A stretch of 64,000 nucleotides of DNA from Candidatus Saccharimonadota bacterium (GCA_016191105.1 JACPPH010000004.1:65230-129229), one strand, 5' to 3'. Counted from the first letter of the stretch, positions 19,043-28,619 are shown. A program made the numbers and translations. The notes: generated from the letters alone by a model not told the origin.

Positions 19043-19456
19043 ATGGGTATCAACTATGCTGTCAGCGATCTGGGTGATGCCGACGGGTTGGCCGGAGAAC
19101 CGATCGATCAGCGCGCACTCGATCTAGCCGAGGCGCTCGAGATGTTCGTCGGCCTCACACATGATGCGGGTGCGAACTTCACGGTTCAGATCACCCTCGT
19201 CGACGAGACCAAGGTGGTCGTCTACTACACCCACTACCTGGGTTTGGTACCGTCGTCCAACCCGGAGAGGCTGTACAACAGCAGCAACTACGGGTTCTTC
19301 TACGCGTTCGAGAAGGATCCCGAGGATCATCTCGACACCTTCGACCAGTTCCTGTTCACCGTGGGGTGCATCGTCAAGGCGGCGCCCTGGATCTGCACCG
19401 AGCGGGTGCTGCGCCGCATCGTCGCCGGCGACGATGCTGGCCAACCAGCAGCATGA
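19043..19456 (+). CDS. hypothetical protein (GC-rich unit 7)
   Basis: AGGAGG SD; strongly GC-ending codons. Confidence 0.75.
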   Translation: MGINYAVSDLGDADGLAGEPIDQRALDLAEALEMFVGLTHDAGANFTVQITLVDETKVVVYYTHYLGLVPSSNPERLYNSSNYGFFYAFEKDPEDHLDTFDQFLFTVGCIVKAAPWICTERVLRRIVAGDDAGQPAA

Positions 19457-19570
19457 TCATCGTTGTGGTGGAATGTGGGGGCCCTTCGGGGCCCCTGCCA
19501 CCACCAGGCTGACTATTTAGATATTCTCGTTAGCTTGCCCGTAAGGAACTGCAAACGATTGGAGATAATC

Positions 19571-19717
19571 ATGGATAAGAATGCGCAGATCATCAAGCTG
19601 GGGGTCTACTCCGAGCTCAACCTGACCTACGCCACCCGCAACGTCTGGTTCGACGACATCCTCATCGGCCATGTGCCGGCGGAGGATCTCGTGGAGCCCG
19701 AAGAGATCAGCAGCTGA
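19571..19717 (+). CDS. 48-aa hypothetical protein (unit 7)
   Basis: GGAG SD before ATG 19571; GC-ending codons. Confidence 0.65.
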   Translation: MDKNAQIIKLGVYSELNLTYATRNVWFDDILIGHVPAEDLVEPEEISS

Positions 19718-19795
19718 ACCCCCAACGCAGGCAACAACGAAGCAAGGAGCTCCCGAGAACCGTTCTCCGCCAGCCGGCGGAACGCGGTGCTCGGG

Positions 19796-19850
19796 CCAGC
19801 TCCCGAGTTCTGATCCGCTGTCCAACGGAATTCAGGATTCAGGAGCTGGA
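19796..19850 (+). repeat. intercistronic hairpin, copy 1
   Basis: 53/55 identical to 20341-20395; ccagctcc...ggagctgg. Confidence 0.9.
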
Positions 19851-19929
19851 GTGTTACTCTAGCAAAAGTTCCTTGCAGTATCCGTAACTTGTAGCAGTAT
19901 GCTACAAGTTCAATCGATTGGAGTGACTC

Positions 19930-20295
19930 ATGGAAGTGAAACACGAGAGAGGCGTCGTCGTGGCGTTCTATCCCGGGAGCGATTCCGGTGTTCTCGGCGT
20001 CTACGACGACAGGCTCATGCTGACCGACGAGGAGATCCTGTTCCATCTCGGTGATGGAACGATGATCAAGATCATCGATGACGACGCTGTCTTCGGTGAG
20101 CCGTTCGGCGATGACCAGAGCCCAGATGCGTCGTTGTTGCGGTGCCCCCGGGTTGGAGAGCTCGTCGTCTTCGAGAGGACCGAGCAGGACGGCGAGAACG
20201 TGAAGGCACGGCCATGGACGTACGGCTTCCTCTACGACAACTTCACGGGGGACATGAGGCCACCCTCCGGGGTGAGCAAGCGGCAGCCTGCCTGA
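19930..20295 (+). CDS. hypothetical protein, possibly cold-shock/OB-fold-like (unit 7)
   Basis: GGAG SD; GVVVAF..G, ILFH, PRVGELVVFE..KARPW pattern. Confidence 0.65.
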   Translation: MEVKHERGVVVAFYPGSDSGVLGVYDDRLMLTDEEILFHLGDGTMIKIIDDDAVFGEPFGDDQSPDASLLRCPRVGELVVFERTEQDGENVKARPWTYGFLYDNFTGDMRPPSGVSKRQPA

Positions 20296-20340
20296 AGCCC
20301 AACCCCAACAAGCAAGGAGCAACGGGCCGACTAGTTCGGC

Positions 20341-20395
20341 CCAGCTCCCGAGTTCTGATCCGCTATCCAGCGGAATTCAGGATTCAGGAGCTGGA
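20341..20395 (+). repeat. intercistronic hairpin, copy 2
   Basis: 53/55 identical to 19796-19850. Confidence 0.9.
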
Positions 20396-20494
20396 ACGCT
20401 TTAGTTCGAGCAAATCGCTCTTTGTTTTTGCAATACCTGGCCACGAGGTTCGTGGCAAGCAACCGACGGAAACAGACTACGAAAGGAAACCGTC

Positions 20495-21106
20495 ATGACA
20501 ACACACCTCTCCGAAGAGGCCCGCAAGATGATCGAGGACTTCACCACCGCCACCGTGAGCGCGTGGATGGATGCTGGCATCATCAAGACCAACTCCTGGG
20601 GCGTATGGCTCGAGGCCGACGACCCCAACGGCGACTTCGAGAACGCCGTCGATCACCGGTTCGGCTTCGACCACCCCGAGGGCAAGCACGACGCCGAGTG
20701 GTACATCGCCAACGCCAAGGGCAAGTGCGAAGCCTGCTTCGCCACCGGCAAGGACAGCCACGAGGCTGTTCGAACCTGGCAAGGCATGCTCAACGGCGTG
20801 GACGGCATCTTCCCTTGGGGCGGCGCGATCATCGACACCGACTATGGAATCTGCGTCGGCGTCAGCGGCTTCCGCGAGGACGAAGATCTGATGGTGGCCC
20901 GTGCCATCCGCAACTTCATCGTCATGCTGTTGGATCGCAAGGGGCAGAACTACATCGACGAGACCCGCGCACGCGGCAAGGACGATGCCCCCGATCCCAG
21001 CGACAGGTTCACCAGGGCCTCGAAGCCCGACGACTACGAGGACTTCGGCGAGGGTCCGATCGGCCGGGAGTTTTCGAAGACCACCCATCCGAACCTGACC
21101 ACCTAG
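20495..21106 (+). CDS. GlcG/HbpS-like (heme-binding family) protein (unit 7)
   Basis: GAAAGGA SD; ANAKGK..TGKDS, WGGA..GICVGVSGFREDEDLMVA. Confidence 0.7.
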   Translation: MTTHLSEEARKMIEDFTTATVSAWMDAGIIKTNSWGVWLEADDPNGDFENAVDHRFGFDHPEGKHDAEWYIANAKGKCEACFATGKDSHEAVRTWQGMLNGVDGIFPWGGAIIDTDYGICVGVSGFREDEDLMVARAIRNFIVMLLDRKGQNYIDETRARGKDDAPDPSDRFTRASKPDDYEDFGEGPIGREFSKTTHPNLTT

Positions 21107-21203
21107 TCGACAAGCAATGCAAAGAGCCGAGCATCCGCCTCAGGCGGATGCTCACAGCTCTCAAGCTAATCAGTTATGATTGGTTTAAGAGCTGAATCCA
21201 TAA

Positions 21204-21542
21204 GTCATTCTGAACTTGTTGCAGAATCTCAAAATTATGAGCAAACAATATTACGTATACCTGCTGACTAATAAGACAAATCAAGTTTTGTATACTGGTG
21301 TAACTAGTGATTTAGTCAGACGAGTTAATGAACACAAAAATCATCTCGTTGAGGGGTACTCTGATAAATACAATGTAGATAAACTTGTATACTTTGAAGT
21401 GCTTGACGATCCCGAAAATGCAATTAAAAGGGAGAAGCAAATAAAAAATTGGCATAGAGACTGGAAGCTAAGCCAAATAAAGAAAAGTAATCCCAATATG
21501 AAGGACTTGTATGAGAAGATCCTGAAATAAATTCAGGATGAC
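21204..21542 (+). mobile_element. REP-flanked GIY-YIG unit 1
   Basis: gtcattctgaacttgttgcagaatct (21204-21229) and agatcctgaaataaattcaggatgac (21517-21542) in inverted orientation. Confidence 0.7.
21237..21530 (+). CDS. GIY-YIG nuclease (YhbQ/UPF0213-like)
   Basis: YYVYLL..LYTGVTSDLVRRVNEH, AIKREKQIKNW. Confidence 0.93.
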   Translation: MSKQYYVYLLTNKTNQVLYTGVTSDLVRRVNEHKNHLVEGYSDKYNVDKLVYFEVLDDPENAIKREKQIKNWHRDWKLSQIKKSNPNMKDLYEKILK

Positions 21543-21549
21543 AAGAACT

Positions 21550-22185
21550 ATGCAAATAAAAGAAGGCATTCTACTCATAAACAAACCGCGCGGGCGGAGT
21601 AGTTTTAGTATGGTTGCCCAAGTGCGTCGAATTAGTGGTGTCAAACGGGTTGGCCATGCCGGCACCCTCGACCCGGAGGCCGAAGGCCTGCTGATAGTAC
21701 TAGTGGGTAAGGAGTACACCAAAAAGTCAGATAGCTTTCTTAAACTCGATAAAACTTATGAATTCACTATCAGGTTGGGCCAATCTAGCACAACAGGAGA
21801 TAAGGAAGGCGAGAAAACAGCTATCTCGAGCGATAAACCAACCGAAAAGGCCATTTTGAACGTTTTACAGGGCCTGCAGGGCGAGCTTAAGCAGGTTCCG
21901 CCTATTTATAGCGCTATCAAAGTAAACGGCCAGCGGGCCTATAAATTGGCCGCCAAGGGCCAAAAACCGGATTTAGAAGCTCGTGAGATAACCATTTACA
22001 GCTTAGAATTGCTCGATTACACCTATCCACAGCTAAAACTACGTGCCGAGGTTAGTAGTGGTACATATATACGGGTATTAGGTGAAACTATTGGGATGCA
22101 GCTTGGAACCGGGGCCTATTGCACCGAGATTATTCGTACCAAAATTGGCAAATATGACCTGAAAAATGCTATTATCTTAGATTAA
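21550..22185 (+). CDS. truB: tRNA pseudouridine(55) synthase
   Basis: VGHAGTLDP, QVPPIYSAIKVNG, SSGTYIR. Confidence 0.96.
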   Translation: MQIKEGILLINKPRGRSSFSMVAQVRRISGVKRVGHAGTLDPEAEGLLIVLVGKEYTKKSDSFLKLDKTYEFTIRLGQSSTTGDKEGEKTAISSDKPTEKAILNVLQGLQGELKQVPPIYSAIKVNGQRAYKLAAKGQKPDLEAREITIYSLELLDYTYPQLKLRAEVSSGTYIRVLGETIGMQLGTGAYCTEIIRTKIGKYDLKNAIILD

Positions 22186-22204
22186 TTTTTCCATCTACCT
22201 CCTA

Positions 22205-22558
22205 GTCATTCCCGCGTAGGCGGGAATCTAAACAATTTCTTGGTACAAGTCATTCCATTCGGGATTAGAAGATTCTATTTTGCGAATCTTCCAAGATCGA
22301 TTCCACTTCTTCATCTGGTTCTCTCTGACAATTGCCTCGTTGATATCGTCATATTGAGCGAACCAAACGAGCTTAGTAACGTTGTACTTTTTGGTGAACC
22401 CAGCTACTAAGTGATTTTTATGCTCGTAAACTCGTTTAGCCAGATTACTGGTAACACCAATATATAGAGTTCCATTGCGATCACTTGCCAATATATAAAC
22501 ATACCCAACTTTCATGAGCAGATATTATACTGGATTCCCGCCTATAAGCGGGAATGAC
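22205..22558 (-). mobile_element. REP-flanked GIY-YIG unit 2
   Basis: gtcattcccgcgtaggcgggaatct (22205-22229) and ggattcccgcctataagcgggaatgac (22532-22558). Confidence 0.7.
22228..22515 (-). CDS. GIY-YIG nuclease (YhbQ/UPF0213-like)
   Basis: YVYILAS.RNGTLYIGVTSNL.KRVYEH, NPEWNDLY. Confidence 0.93.
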   Translation of the reverse strand: MKVGYVYILASDRNGTLYIGVTSNLAKRVYEHKNHLVAGFTKKYNVTKLVWFAQYDDINEAIVRENQMKKWNRSWKIRKIESSNPEWNDLYQEIV

Positions 22559-22578
22559 GGGTAGAGGGTGTTGTTCAA

Positions 22579-22966
22579 CGGCCGTTGCTACGATCAGCAA
22601 GCGAAGCCGCCAAGCAACGCTCCTGATTGCGAGAATTCGCTGGCTAGCGAACCGCACAGCAACAGGAAGTTGCGACTGGCTAAGTACTGCTAGATCGTAA
22701 GCACAGGCCAAACGGTTTTGCTATCTTTTGCCAAGACAAAAGATAGTTGCCCGAAGGGTAAAAACCCTTCAAACCTATGGCTTTAAGCAGCCGGCACTTC
22801 TTTGAGACCCAAAGAAGCAAAGCCTCCGACATGGGCTCACACCTGGTGGCTGCTTGCTCGCTCGCAAGCTGAAGCTGCGGAACTCGTCCGCCAGCTGGCG
22901 ACTCAGACAGTCCTCGCTTGCAGCGTTTCGTGCTTAGCATGCTGTGTCCAGCTGTTCGAATGTCGG
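22579..22966 (+). repeat. structured intergenic element, copy 2
   Basis: Colinear similarity to 18455-18840. Confidence 0.85.
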
Positions 22967-23029
22967 CAAGAAGGCTAATACCTTTGGGGGCTTGATTAAT
23001 TACCTGAAATCTGCTAATATTTAAAGTCT

Positions 23030-23296
23030 ATGATAGCTCAAACCACCAAGAAAAAGCTCATAAAAGACTACTCAACCCACGGCAAAGACACTGGTTCGGC
23101 CGAGGTTCAGATTGCTCTTTTTACCACCAAGATCAACGAGCTAACCAGCCATCTTAAGACCCACAAAAAAGATAATCACTCCAGGCGCGGATTGCTAGCT
23201 ATGGTAAGCAAACGCCGACGCCTGCTGGATTACTTGCAAAAGAAGAGTCCTGATCGATACTCAAAGCTCATCAAAAAACTGAAACTTCGCCGCTAG
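23030..23296 (+). CDS. rpsO: 30S ribosomal protein S15
   Basis: [23 protein letters not shown]. Confidence 0.98.
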   Translation: MIAQTTKKKLIKDYSTHGKDTGSAEVQIALFTTKINELTSHLKTHKKDNHSRRGLLAMVSKRRRLLDYLQKKSPDRYSKLIKKLKLRR

Positions 23297-23596
23297 TCGA
23301 CGAGTTTATTTGACAAGCTTCAGCGTTGCAATTTCCGTTGCTCGCTACACGTAGGCTTACTACGCTTTGCTGCACTACTCAATTGCGCCTTGAATCTTGT
23401 ACAAATATTCCTCGTCTTAAGGATTGCAGGCCTTCCAATTTAGCAATTTTGTGCTATATTGTAAGCGTACATTAAGTAACACATTTACTCTGCCGGTTAG
23501 TGATAGGATTAAGTGATCATCGCCTAAAAAACGATACTGATCAATTGCTTCTAGCACTAACTTAACAAAACCAGCGCAGAGTATATTAGGAGATAC

Positions 23597-25738
23597 ATGG
23601 ATATAATTCATCCATTTGGGGGTAAACAGGTAGAACTCGAAACCGAGTTTGCCGGCAAAAAACTAAAAATGACTACAGGCGACATGGCTTTTCGGGCCGA
23701 TGGCGAAGTTCGGGTTGCATATGGCGACACCGTGGTGTTGGCCACAGCTGTGGTAGCACCCGAGGTCAAAGCTGACACCGACTTCTTTCCGCTATTAATC
23801 GATTACGAGGAGCGGCTCTACGCCAGCGGTAAAATCAGCGGCAGTCGATTCATGAAGCGCGAAGGCCGACCGAGCGATCAGGCGGTGCTGACCTCACGAC
23901 TAATTGATCGACCATTGCGCCCACTCTTTCCCAAAGGTTACCGTAACGACGTGCAAGTTGTGGTAACGGTCTTGAGTGCTGATCTCGAGCACGAACCAGA
24001 TGTTATTGCTATAATTGCTGCCAGTACAGCACTAATGCTAACCGGCGCACCTTTTGATGGTCCGGTGGGTGCAGCTCGGATTGGTTTAATCGATGATAAG
24101 CTGGTGGCCAACCCAACTACCACCGAGCAAGAAGCTAGCAAGCTAAACCTGACAGTTGCTGGCACCAAAGATGCCGTGATGATGGTAGAGGCCAGTGCCA
24201 ACGAGGTGAGCGAAAAGACTCTGGTCGAAGCCCTGGAGCTAGCCGTTAAAACCTGGCAGCCGGTGATTAAGGCTCAGCAAGAGCTGGTGGAAAAACTCAA
24301 GGTTGAACCACGTGAATACCAGCTCTTTACCCCGAGCGAAGAAGCCCAGACCAAAATCGCAGAATTTCTAAAAGACCGCCTGGGCGAGACCATTCGCAAC
24401 GAAAATAAGCAAATGCGCCACGAAGCCTTGCAGACGCTCGAAGCCGAAGTCTTAAACGAATTTGGCACGCTCTCCGATGAGCTCAAGCCAGATAGCAAAG
24501 AACGCTTTGGTCACCCAGATGTATTGGCTGCATTCGAAAAGATTATTGATCGCGAGATTCGTCGCTCGATCTTAGAAGAGGGCAAGCGACCCGATAACCG
24601 TAAGACCACTGAGATCCGACCAATCAGCGGGCAAGTTGGCCTACTGCCACGCACCCATGGAAGTGCCGTGTTTACTCGTGGCACCACCCAAGCCTTAACC
24701 CTAACCACACTTGGGTCGACCTCGGCTGCACAGCTAATCGACACCATGGAAGAAGATCGCGAAAAACGCTACATACACCACTACAACTTTCCGCCGTTTA
24801 GCACTGGCGAGGCTAGACCCATGCGCTCAACAGGGCGCCGCGAGGTTGGCCACGGCTACCTGGCTGAACGAGCTTTGCTGCCAGTTATTCCAGTAGTCGA
24901 AGATTTTCCCTATACCATTCGAGTGGTTTCAGAAATGCTTAGTAGCGCTGGCTCAACCTCGATGGCTAGTGTTTGTGGCAGCACCATGAGCCTCATGGAT
25001 GCTGGTGTGCCAATCAGTAAACCGGTTAGCGGCATAGCCATGGGCCTAATGATTGATCACGACAATCCTAAAAAGTATGTAATCTTGAGCGACCTTCAAG
25101 ACGCCGAAGACTTTGCTGGTGACATGGACTTTAAGGTAGCTGGCACCGATGCTGGCATTACGGCGCTACAGATGGACATTAAAGTAAAGGGCATTACTCT
25201 AGAAATCATGAGCGCTGCCCTCAAGCAGGCCAGCCAGGGCCGAGCTCACATACTATCGAAGATGCTTGAGGTAATTGCTGAGCCCCGAGCCGAAACCAGC
25301 CAATATGCGCCACGCATTACCAAACTGCAGATTAGCCCAGATAAAATTCGCGAGGTGATTGGCAAAGGCGGTGAGACTATTCAAAAGATTATTGCCGAAA
25401 CCGGTGTGGAGATCGACATCGAAGACTCTGGTCTAGTAATGATTGCCAGTACCGACCAAAAAGCTGCCAAGGCCGCTACCGAATGGATTGAATCGATCGT
25501 GGTGGAGCCCGAGATTGGCAAGGTTTACGACGGCACTGTAGTTAAGGTCTTAGATTTCGGCGCTTTTGTAGAGATCTTGCCCGGCAAAGAGGGCATGGTG
25601 CACATTTCTCAAATCCGTGACGAGCGAGTTGAGGACATTCACAAGGAGCTCAAAGAGGGTGATAAAGTAACAGTTAAGTTACTCGAAATAGATTCTCAAG
25701 GACGACTCAACCTGTCTATAAAGGCTGCTAAAAAATAG
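23597..25738 (+). CDS. pnp: polyribonucleotide nucleotidyltransferase
   Basis: FFPLLIDYEER, SRLIDRPLRPLF, GDMDFKVAGT, KH and S1 domains. Confidence 0.98.
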   Translation: MDIIHPFGGKQVELETEFAGKKLKMTTGDMAFRADGEVRVAYGDTVVLATAVVAPEVKADTDFFPLLIDYEERLYASGKISGSRFMKREGRPSDQAVLTSRLIDRPLRPLFPKGYRNDVQVVVTVLSADLEHEPDVIAIIAASTALMLTGAPFDGPVGAARIGLIDDKLVANPTTTEQEASKLNLTVAGTKDAVMMVEASANEVSEKTLVEALELAVKTWQPVIKAQQELVEKLKVEPREYQLFTPSEEAQTKIAEFLKDRLGETIRNENKQMRHEALQTLEAEVLNEFGTLSDELKPDSKERFGHPDVLAAFEKIIDREIRRSILEEGKRPDNRKTTEIRPISGQVGLLPRTHGSAVFTRGTTQALTLTTLGSTSAAQLIDTMEEDREKRYIHHYNFPPFSTGEARPMRSTGRREVGHGYLAERALLPVIPVVEDFPYTIRVVSEMLSSAGSTSMASVCGSTMSLMDAGVPISKPVSGIAMGLMIDHDNPKKYVILSDLQDAEDFAGDMDFKVAGTDAGITALQMDIKVKGITLEIMSAALKQASQGRAHILSKMLEVIAEPRAETSQYAPRITKLQISPDKIREVIGKGGETIQKIIAETGVEIDIEDSGLVMIASTDQKAAKAATEWIESIVVEPEIGKVYDGTVVKVLDFGAFVEILPGKEGMVHISQIRDERVEDIHKELKEGDKVTVKLLEIDSQGRLNLSIKAAKK

Positions 25739-25790
25739 CTGCCCAAGTTCGTGTTCGCAGACTGCTGCGGGCGTCACTGGGGCAACTCGT

Positions 25791-26372
25791 ATGACCAAAG
25801 CTGAAAAACAGGCCAAATTAGACGAAATTGCCAAACCGATCTTGGATCGCAGCCTTGAGCTTGAGATCGCCAAGTCTTGTCTTAACCCGGTGCCGGGTGA
25901 GGGTAACCCAGCTGCCGAGATTATGTTTGTGGGCGAGGCGCCAGGCGCCGAAGAAGACAAGCAGAGCCGGCCATTCGTGGGGGCCAGCGGTAAGTTTCTA
26001 GAGAGCATGCTCGAAACAATTGATCGCAGCCGGCAAGACGTATTTATAACCAACATTGTAAAGTTCCGACCACCCAACAACCGCGATCCCTCCCGCGAAG
26101 AAATCCAAGCTTGCCTGCCGTACCTACTAGCTCAAATTAAAGTCATCGACCCCAAACTAATCGTGTTTCTGGGCCGCCACTCTATGAACGTATTTTTTCC
26201 GGAGCTGCGGATAAGCCAAGCTCATGGCCAGCCAGTTAAGCGTTCTGGGCGGGTGTTCTTGCCGCTTTATCACCCTGCGGCCGCACTCTATAACGGTTCC
26301 ATGCGCGCTATTTTGCAAGAAGATTTTGGCCGCATTCCAGCGATCTTACGCAAAGTTGAACAACAAAGCTGA
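25791..26372 (+). CDS. uracil-DNA glycosylase family 4
   Basis: VGEAPG.EED, PFVG.SG, RPPNNRDP, YHPAA. Confidence 0.95.
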   Translation: MTKAEKQAKLDEIAKPILDRSLELEIAKSCLNPVPGEGNPAAEIMFVGEAPGAEEDKQSRPFVGASGKFLESMLETIDRSRQDVFITNIVKFRPPNNRDPSREEIQACLPYLLAQIKVIDPKLIVFLGRHSMNVFFPELRISQAHGQPVKRSGRVFLPLYHPAAALYNGSMRAILQEDFGRIPAILRKVEQQS

Positions 26373-26380
26373 CATAAAAG

Positions 26381-26434
26381 TGTCATCCTGAGCGAAGCCG
26401 AATTAGTAAACATTCGACCCCGGTCAAGATGACA
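26381..26434. repeat. GTC-tagged REP-like dyad
   Basis: tgtcatcctgagcgaagccgaa...tcaagatgaca. Confidence 0.55.
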
Positions 26435-26517
26435 ATAAAGTCATACTCTAAACAATTAAACATGCTCACTGACATGTTGAGCAACAGATAGAAAGGAGCT
26501 TTAAAAAGCTTATAACT

Positions 26518-28596
26518 ATGAAAGAAGACAAACTAAAAAGCCGTCCGTTGACGGCTCAAGATTTGGGAGCCGCTACACAAGCTAAGGCTAAGAAGCCAAC
26601 AGCGTCTGCCAGCTCACCAAACAAACGAACACAAAATAATAACACTAAACCCGCCCAGAACAGGTCGAACAATTCGAGCAAACCAAGCAACCACCCTCGC
26701 GGCGGTAAGACCCAAAACGACAACCGACCAAACGATGGCGGCAAGCCAAATGGCAACCGACCCAATGGTGGTGGTAAACCACGCTCTGGCGGCGGTGGTG
26801 GTCAACGCCGGCGTTTCGACAAACGTCCTAGTGAGTACATGACCGGTACTTTTAACAAACTCGATCAAAGCAAGACCGCAGCCAAGGCGGTGGGGCTATC
26901 TAGGGCCGATGCCGGTAAGCTCAAAATCATTCCTTTGGGTGGTTTGGGCCAAATCGGCAAGAACGTTATGGCCTTAGAGTACGAAAATGACATGATTGTA
27001 ATGGATCTAGGCTTTATGTTCCCCGGCCCCGAACTACCTGGAATTGATTACATTATTCCTGATATTAGCTACCTCGAGGAGCGCAAGCACAAGATCCGTG
27101 GGCACTTTATTACCCATGCTCACTTAGACCACATAGGCGGCATTCCATTTATGTTGCCCAAGATGCCGGCGCCAATTTATGGTGCCAAATTCACTGTAAA
27201 GTTTATTGAGCGCCAACTAGAGGAGTATAAGCTGCCATTTAAGCCCGAGATGCATATTGTCGATCAAGATAACGGCCAGAAGATCCAAGCTGGTGTCTTT
27301 AGTATTGAATTTGTGCGAGTTAATCACTCCATTCCCGATGCCTGCGCCCTTGTGATCCGCACCCCGGCCGGCACCATCTTTAACACTGGTGACTGGCGGT
27401 TCGACCCCGATCCATACGACGGCAAGCCAACTGATCTAGCCAGGCTCAAGCAGATTGGCGATGAAGGTATATTACTATTGATGTGCGACTCCACCAGCTG
27501 TGAAACCATGGGTCGAAGCCCACGTGAGCAAGAAATTACCGAGACCCTCGATGAGATCTTTGCCCGCAATTACAACAAGCGGGTGATTATATCGTCGTTT
27601 TCATCACAGATTAGCCGTATGCAAATGATTATAGATGCTGTTGCCCGAGCTAAGCGCAAGATGGTGATTACTGGTCGCAGCATGCTCAGCAATGTCGAGC
27701 TAGCTGTAAAGATGGGCTACATTAAGATCCCGGCCAACACCATAATTCGTTCCCAAGACGTCAACAAATATCAAGATGGACAGGTAGCGATCTTGGCTAC
27801 CGGCTCGCAGGGTGAGGAGTTTGCAGTGCTAAACCGCATGGGTCGAGGTGAGGTCAAAGACATTAAGATTCGCAAAAACGATGTCGTGGTCTTGAGTTCG
27901 TCGATTATTCCAGGCAACGAAAAACCAATTTGGGGCATGATCGATAACATTTTGCGTTGGGGGCCGTATGTATACAGCAACGATCTGCGTCGCTTTGACG
28001 ATCTAGATATTATGCATATTTCTGGCCACGCCTACTACGAAGAGGTGGAGCAGATGATTAAGCTGATTCGACCTAAATACTATCTGCCAATTCACGGTGA
28101 GTTGCACCACTTGGTGCACAACAAACAGATCTGTATTCGCAGCAAAGTGGTATCAGAAGACAAGATTTTTGTAATCGAGAACGGCCAAACTCTAGTGGCC
28201 GAAAAGGGTACCGTTAAGTTGGGAGCTAAGATACCCGTGCCAGACGTGCTGATCGATGGCGCAGGTATTGGCGACGTTCAAGAGATTGTACTCAAGGACC
28301 GTATAGCCATGTCCGAAGAAGGCGTGTTTACGGTGATTGCCACGGTGCAACGCAAAACCGGCAAACTGCTCACCAGCCCCGATATTATTAGCCGCGGCTT
28401 CATCTACATGAAAGATAACGAAGAGCTAGTTAACGGTGCCCGCCAGATCGTTAAAAATATCTTCGCGGGTCGACAAGGCAATGTGCCGCCTAGCTCACCA
28501 ATTATCAAAACTCGTATTCGCGACGAAGTCAGCAACTATCTCTATAAGGTAACCAAGCGCAACCCGATTGTATTACCAGTGGTGATAGAGGTTTAA
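26518..28596 (+). CDS. rnj: ribonuclease J
   Basis: PLGGLGQIGKN, THAHLDHIGG, HISGH, PIHGE; disordered N-terminus. Confidence 0.97.
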   Translation: MKEDKLKSRPLTAQDLGAATQAKAKKPTASASSPNKRTQNNNTKPAQNRSNNSSKPSNHPRGGKTQNDNRPNDGGKPNGNRPNGGGKPRSGGGGGQRRRFDKRPSEYMTGTFNKLDQSKTAAKAVGLSRADAGKLKIIPLGGLGQIGKNVMALEYENDMIVMDLGFMFPGPELPGIDYIIPDISYLEERKHKIRGHFITHAHLDHIGGIPFMLPKMPAPIYGAKFTVKFIERQLEEYKLPFKPEMHIVDQDNGQKIQAGVFSIEFVRVNHSIPDACALVIRTPAGTIFNTGDWRFDPDPYDGKPTDLARLKQIGDEGILLLMCDSTSCETMGRSPREQEITETLDEIFARNYNKRVIISSFSSQISRMQMIIDAVARAKRKMVITGRSMLSNVELAVKMGYIKIPANTIIRSQDVNKYQDGQVAILATGSQGEEFAVLNRMGRGEVKDIKIRKNDVVVLSSSIIPGNEKPIWGMIDNILRWGPYVYSNDLRRFDDLDIMHISGHAYYEEVEQMIKLIRPKYYLPIHGELHHLVHNKQICIRSKVVSEDKIFVIENGQTLVAEKGTVKLGAKIPVPDVLIDGAGIGDVQEIVLKDRIAMSEEGVFTVIATVQRKTGKLLTSPDIISRGFIYMKDNEELVNGARQIVKNIFAGRQGNVPPSSPIIKTRIRDEVSNYLYKVTKRNPIVLPVVIEV

Positions 28597-28619
28597 TCTA
28601 AGGGTCGTACCCTTAGATT
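28595..28619. repeat. REP palindrome downstream of the RAYT-like gene
   Basis: aatctaagggtcgtacccttagatt; inverted copy at 29250-29272. Confidence 0.85.

Noticed and set aside
19796-20395. CRISPR array
   Set aside because: Only two 55-nt copies separated by a whole gene; no cas genes in the window.
19718-20410. Intercistronic hairpins as integron attC sites
   Set aside because: RYYYAAC-like sequences occur after the stops, but no matching GTTRRRY closes the hairpins.
20422-21195. Alternative-frame and antisense long ORFs in GC-rich units (e.g. 257 aa, 231 aa)
   Set aside because: Expected shadow ORFs of GC3-rich genes; no SD, and Arg-rich non-protein-like composition.
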